From contig NC_086100.1 of the NCBI RefSeq assembly GCF_963921235.1, forward strand, positions 48,546,001-48,610,000: DNA of 64,000 nucleotides. Direction: 5' to 3'. Of this stretch, positions 62,780 through 64,000 are shown one piece after another. This DNA is from Mobula hypostoma (taxonomy: Eukaryota). The notes below the pieces were generated by a model. That model saw only the letters and a list, made by a program, of their open reading frames with translations. It ran no database searches and had not been told where the DNA came from. Positions within the stretch are counted from its first letter, which is position 1. The number at the start of each line of letters is the position of its first letter. The translations under genes were made by a program, and so were the position numbers.

Positions 62780-64000
62780 TTGCACCTGGATTCTAGACAT
62801 GTGGATTGAAGAACTGGTGTAGAGGACAGGGTTTCAGATTTGAGGATCATTTGGATCTCTTCTGGGGAAGGTACTGACCTATATAAAAGGGACTGGTTGC
62901 ACATCATCTGGAGGGGGGGGAGCAATATCCTTGCAGGCAGATTTGCTAAGACTGTTGAGGAGGGTGTAAATTCAGCAGAGGTTGGGAATCGGAGTGGTAG
63001 GTCAGAGGAGGAAGCAGATGGTGTGCAGGTTGATGCACCGACAGACTGTAGAGCAGAAATACAGTTAATTGGATCAGTTGAAATGTATCTATTTTAATGC
63101 TAGAACTATCAGGAACACTGGCAATGAACTCAGAACATGGATCAGTACATAGAAATAGAACTTTATGACCAATACAGAGACTTGGTTGTTAACAAGATAG
63201 GAATGGCCGCTGGATGTTCTGGGGTTTAGATGTTTCGAAAAGTACAAAGGGGAAGGTGACATTGCTAATCATTTGCAGAAAGATAGGACATTATAGAGGG
63301 ATCATCTACAGAGTCACTGTGGCAGGAAGTCAGAAACAGAACAGAAAGGTACTCACTCTATTGTGACTATTCTGTAAACCCGTCCCCGTCCACAAGAGCA
63401 ACAGGGACACTGAGAAGCAGATTGTCACCTCGTTAGTGCAAAAGGTTTCAATGGGGCAGATTTTGTTAGGTGTTACCAGGAAGGACTGCAGGCTGTCTGA
63501 TTAGTGGAGAAGCCATACTGGACCCTGTACTAGTCAATAAACCTGCACAGGTGACAGATCTCTTGGTCAGTGAGCATTTCTCACATAGTGACCACAACTT
63601 CTTGACAGGGATTGGATAGCCTTGGACAAGGATAGGAGCAAAAGGCATGGGGAAGTATTTAATTGAGGGAGGGCGAATTAAGATGCTACTAGGCGGGAAC
63701 TATGGTGTGTAAATTAGGAACAGATGTTCTCAGGGACACCCACTTGCATGGATTTCTGAATAGACTTGACCAATCGATGCAGGGAAAGAATGGTAAGGTG
63801 AAGAAACTATGGTTGACAAGAGATGTGCAAAATCTAGACAAGAGGAAGAAGGAAACTTGCTTAAGGTTAGGATGCAAGGATCAGATAGGGCTCGAGAATT
63901 ATAAGGTAGCCAGGAAGGAGCTTAAGAAAGGATTTAGGAGAGCTAGAAGGAGGCAAGAAAAGACGGCAAGTAAGAATAAGGTAAACTGGAAGGCATTCTA
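62780..64000 (+). mobile_element. CR1-clade LINE: ORF1 esterase-like end and ORF2 endonuclease, degenerate, runs off the window
   Basis: DLYKRDWLH...GSNILAGRFA; YFNARTIRN, TETWL, EAILDPVL, SDHN remnants with many stops and frameshifts. Confidence 0.8.

Overview
Repeat-dense vertebrate genomic DNA, intergenic or intronic. The mix of CR1, Rex1/Babar, RTE, L1, HERO, Gypsy, Tigger, hAT and Neptune-type Penelope elements suggests a cartilaginous fish such as a ray (inference). No host protein-coding gene, rRNA, true tRNA or CRISPR array could be supported; most ORF-track calls are transposon fragments or noise. The main signal is a dispersed family of about 15 insertions derived from the terminus of a Penelope-like element (PLE), carrying a minimal type I hammerhead ribozyme motif (AGTC-CTGAYGA-AGGGTCTYGGCCC-GAAA-CGTC-GACT). 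Five short copies (about 95-137 bp) start within 5 nt of the ribozyme core, many copies have 10-15 bp target-site duplications (TSDs), and several are tails-out fold-back pairs. One PLE with a GIY-YIG remnant contains a 486-bp apparently perfect inverted repeat. Other notable structures: an ORF1-only (HAL1-like) L1 with a perfect TSD, a twin-primed RTE with a ribozyme unit at its inversion junction, a 273-bp inverted copy of nearby DNA fused to a SINE-like element inside a Gypsy RT, a bipartite Rex1 derivative, an internally deleted HERO, and multi-level nested insertions. All alignments were done by eye, and boundaries of old elements are approximate.
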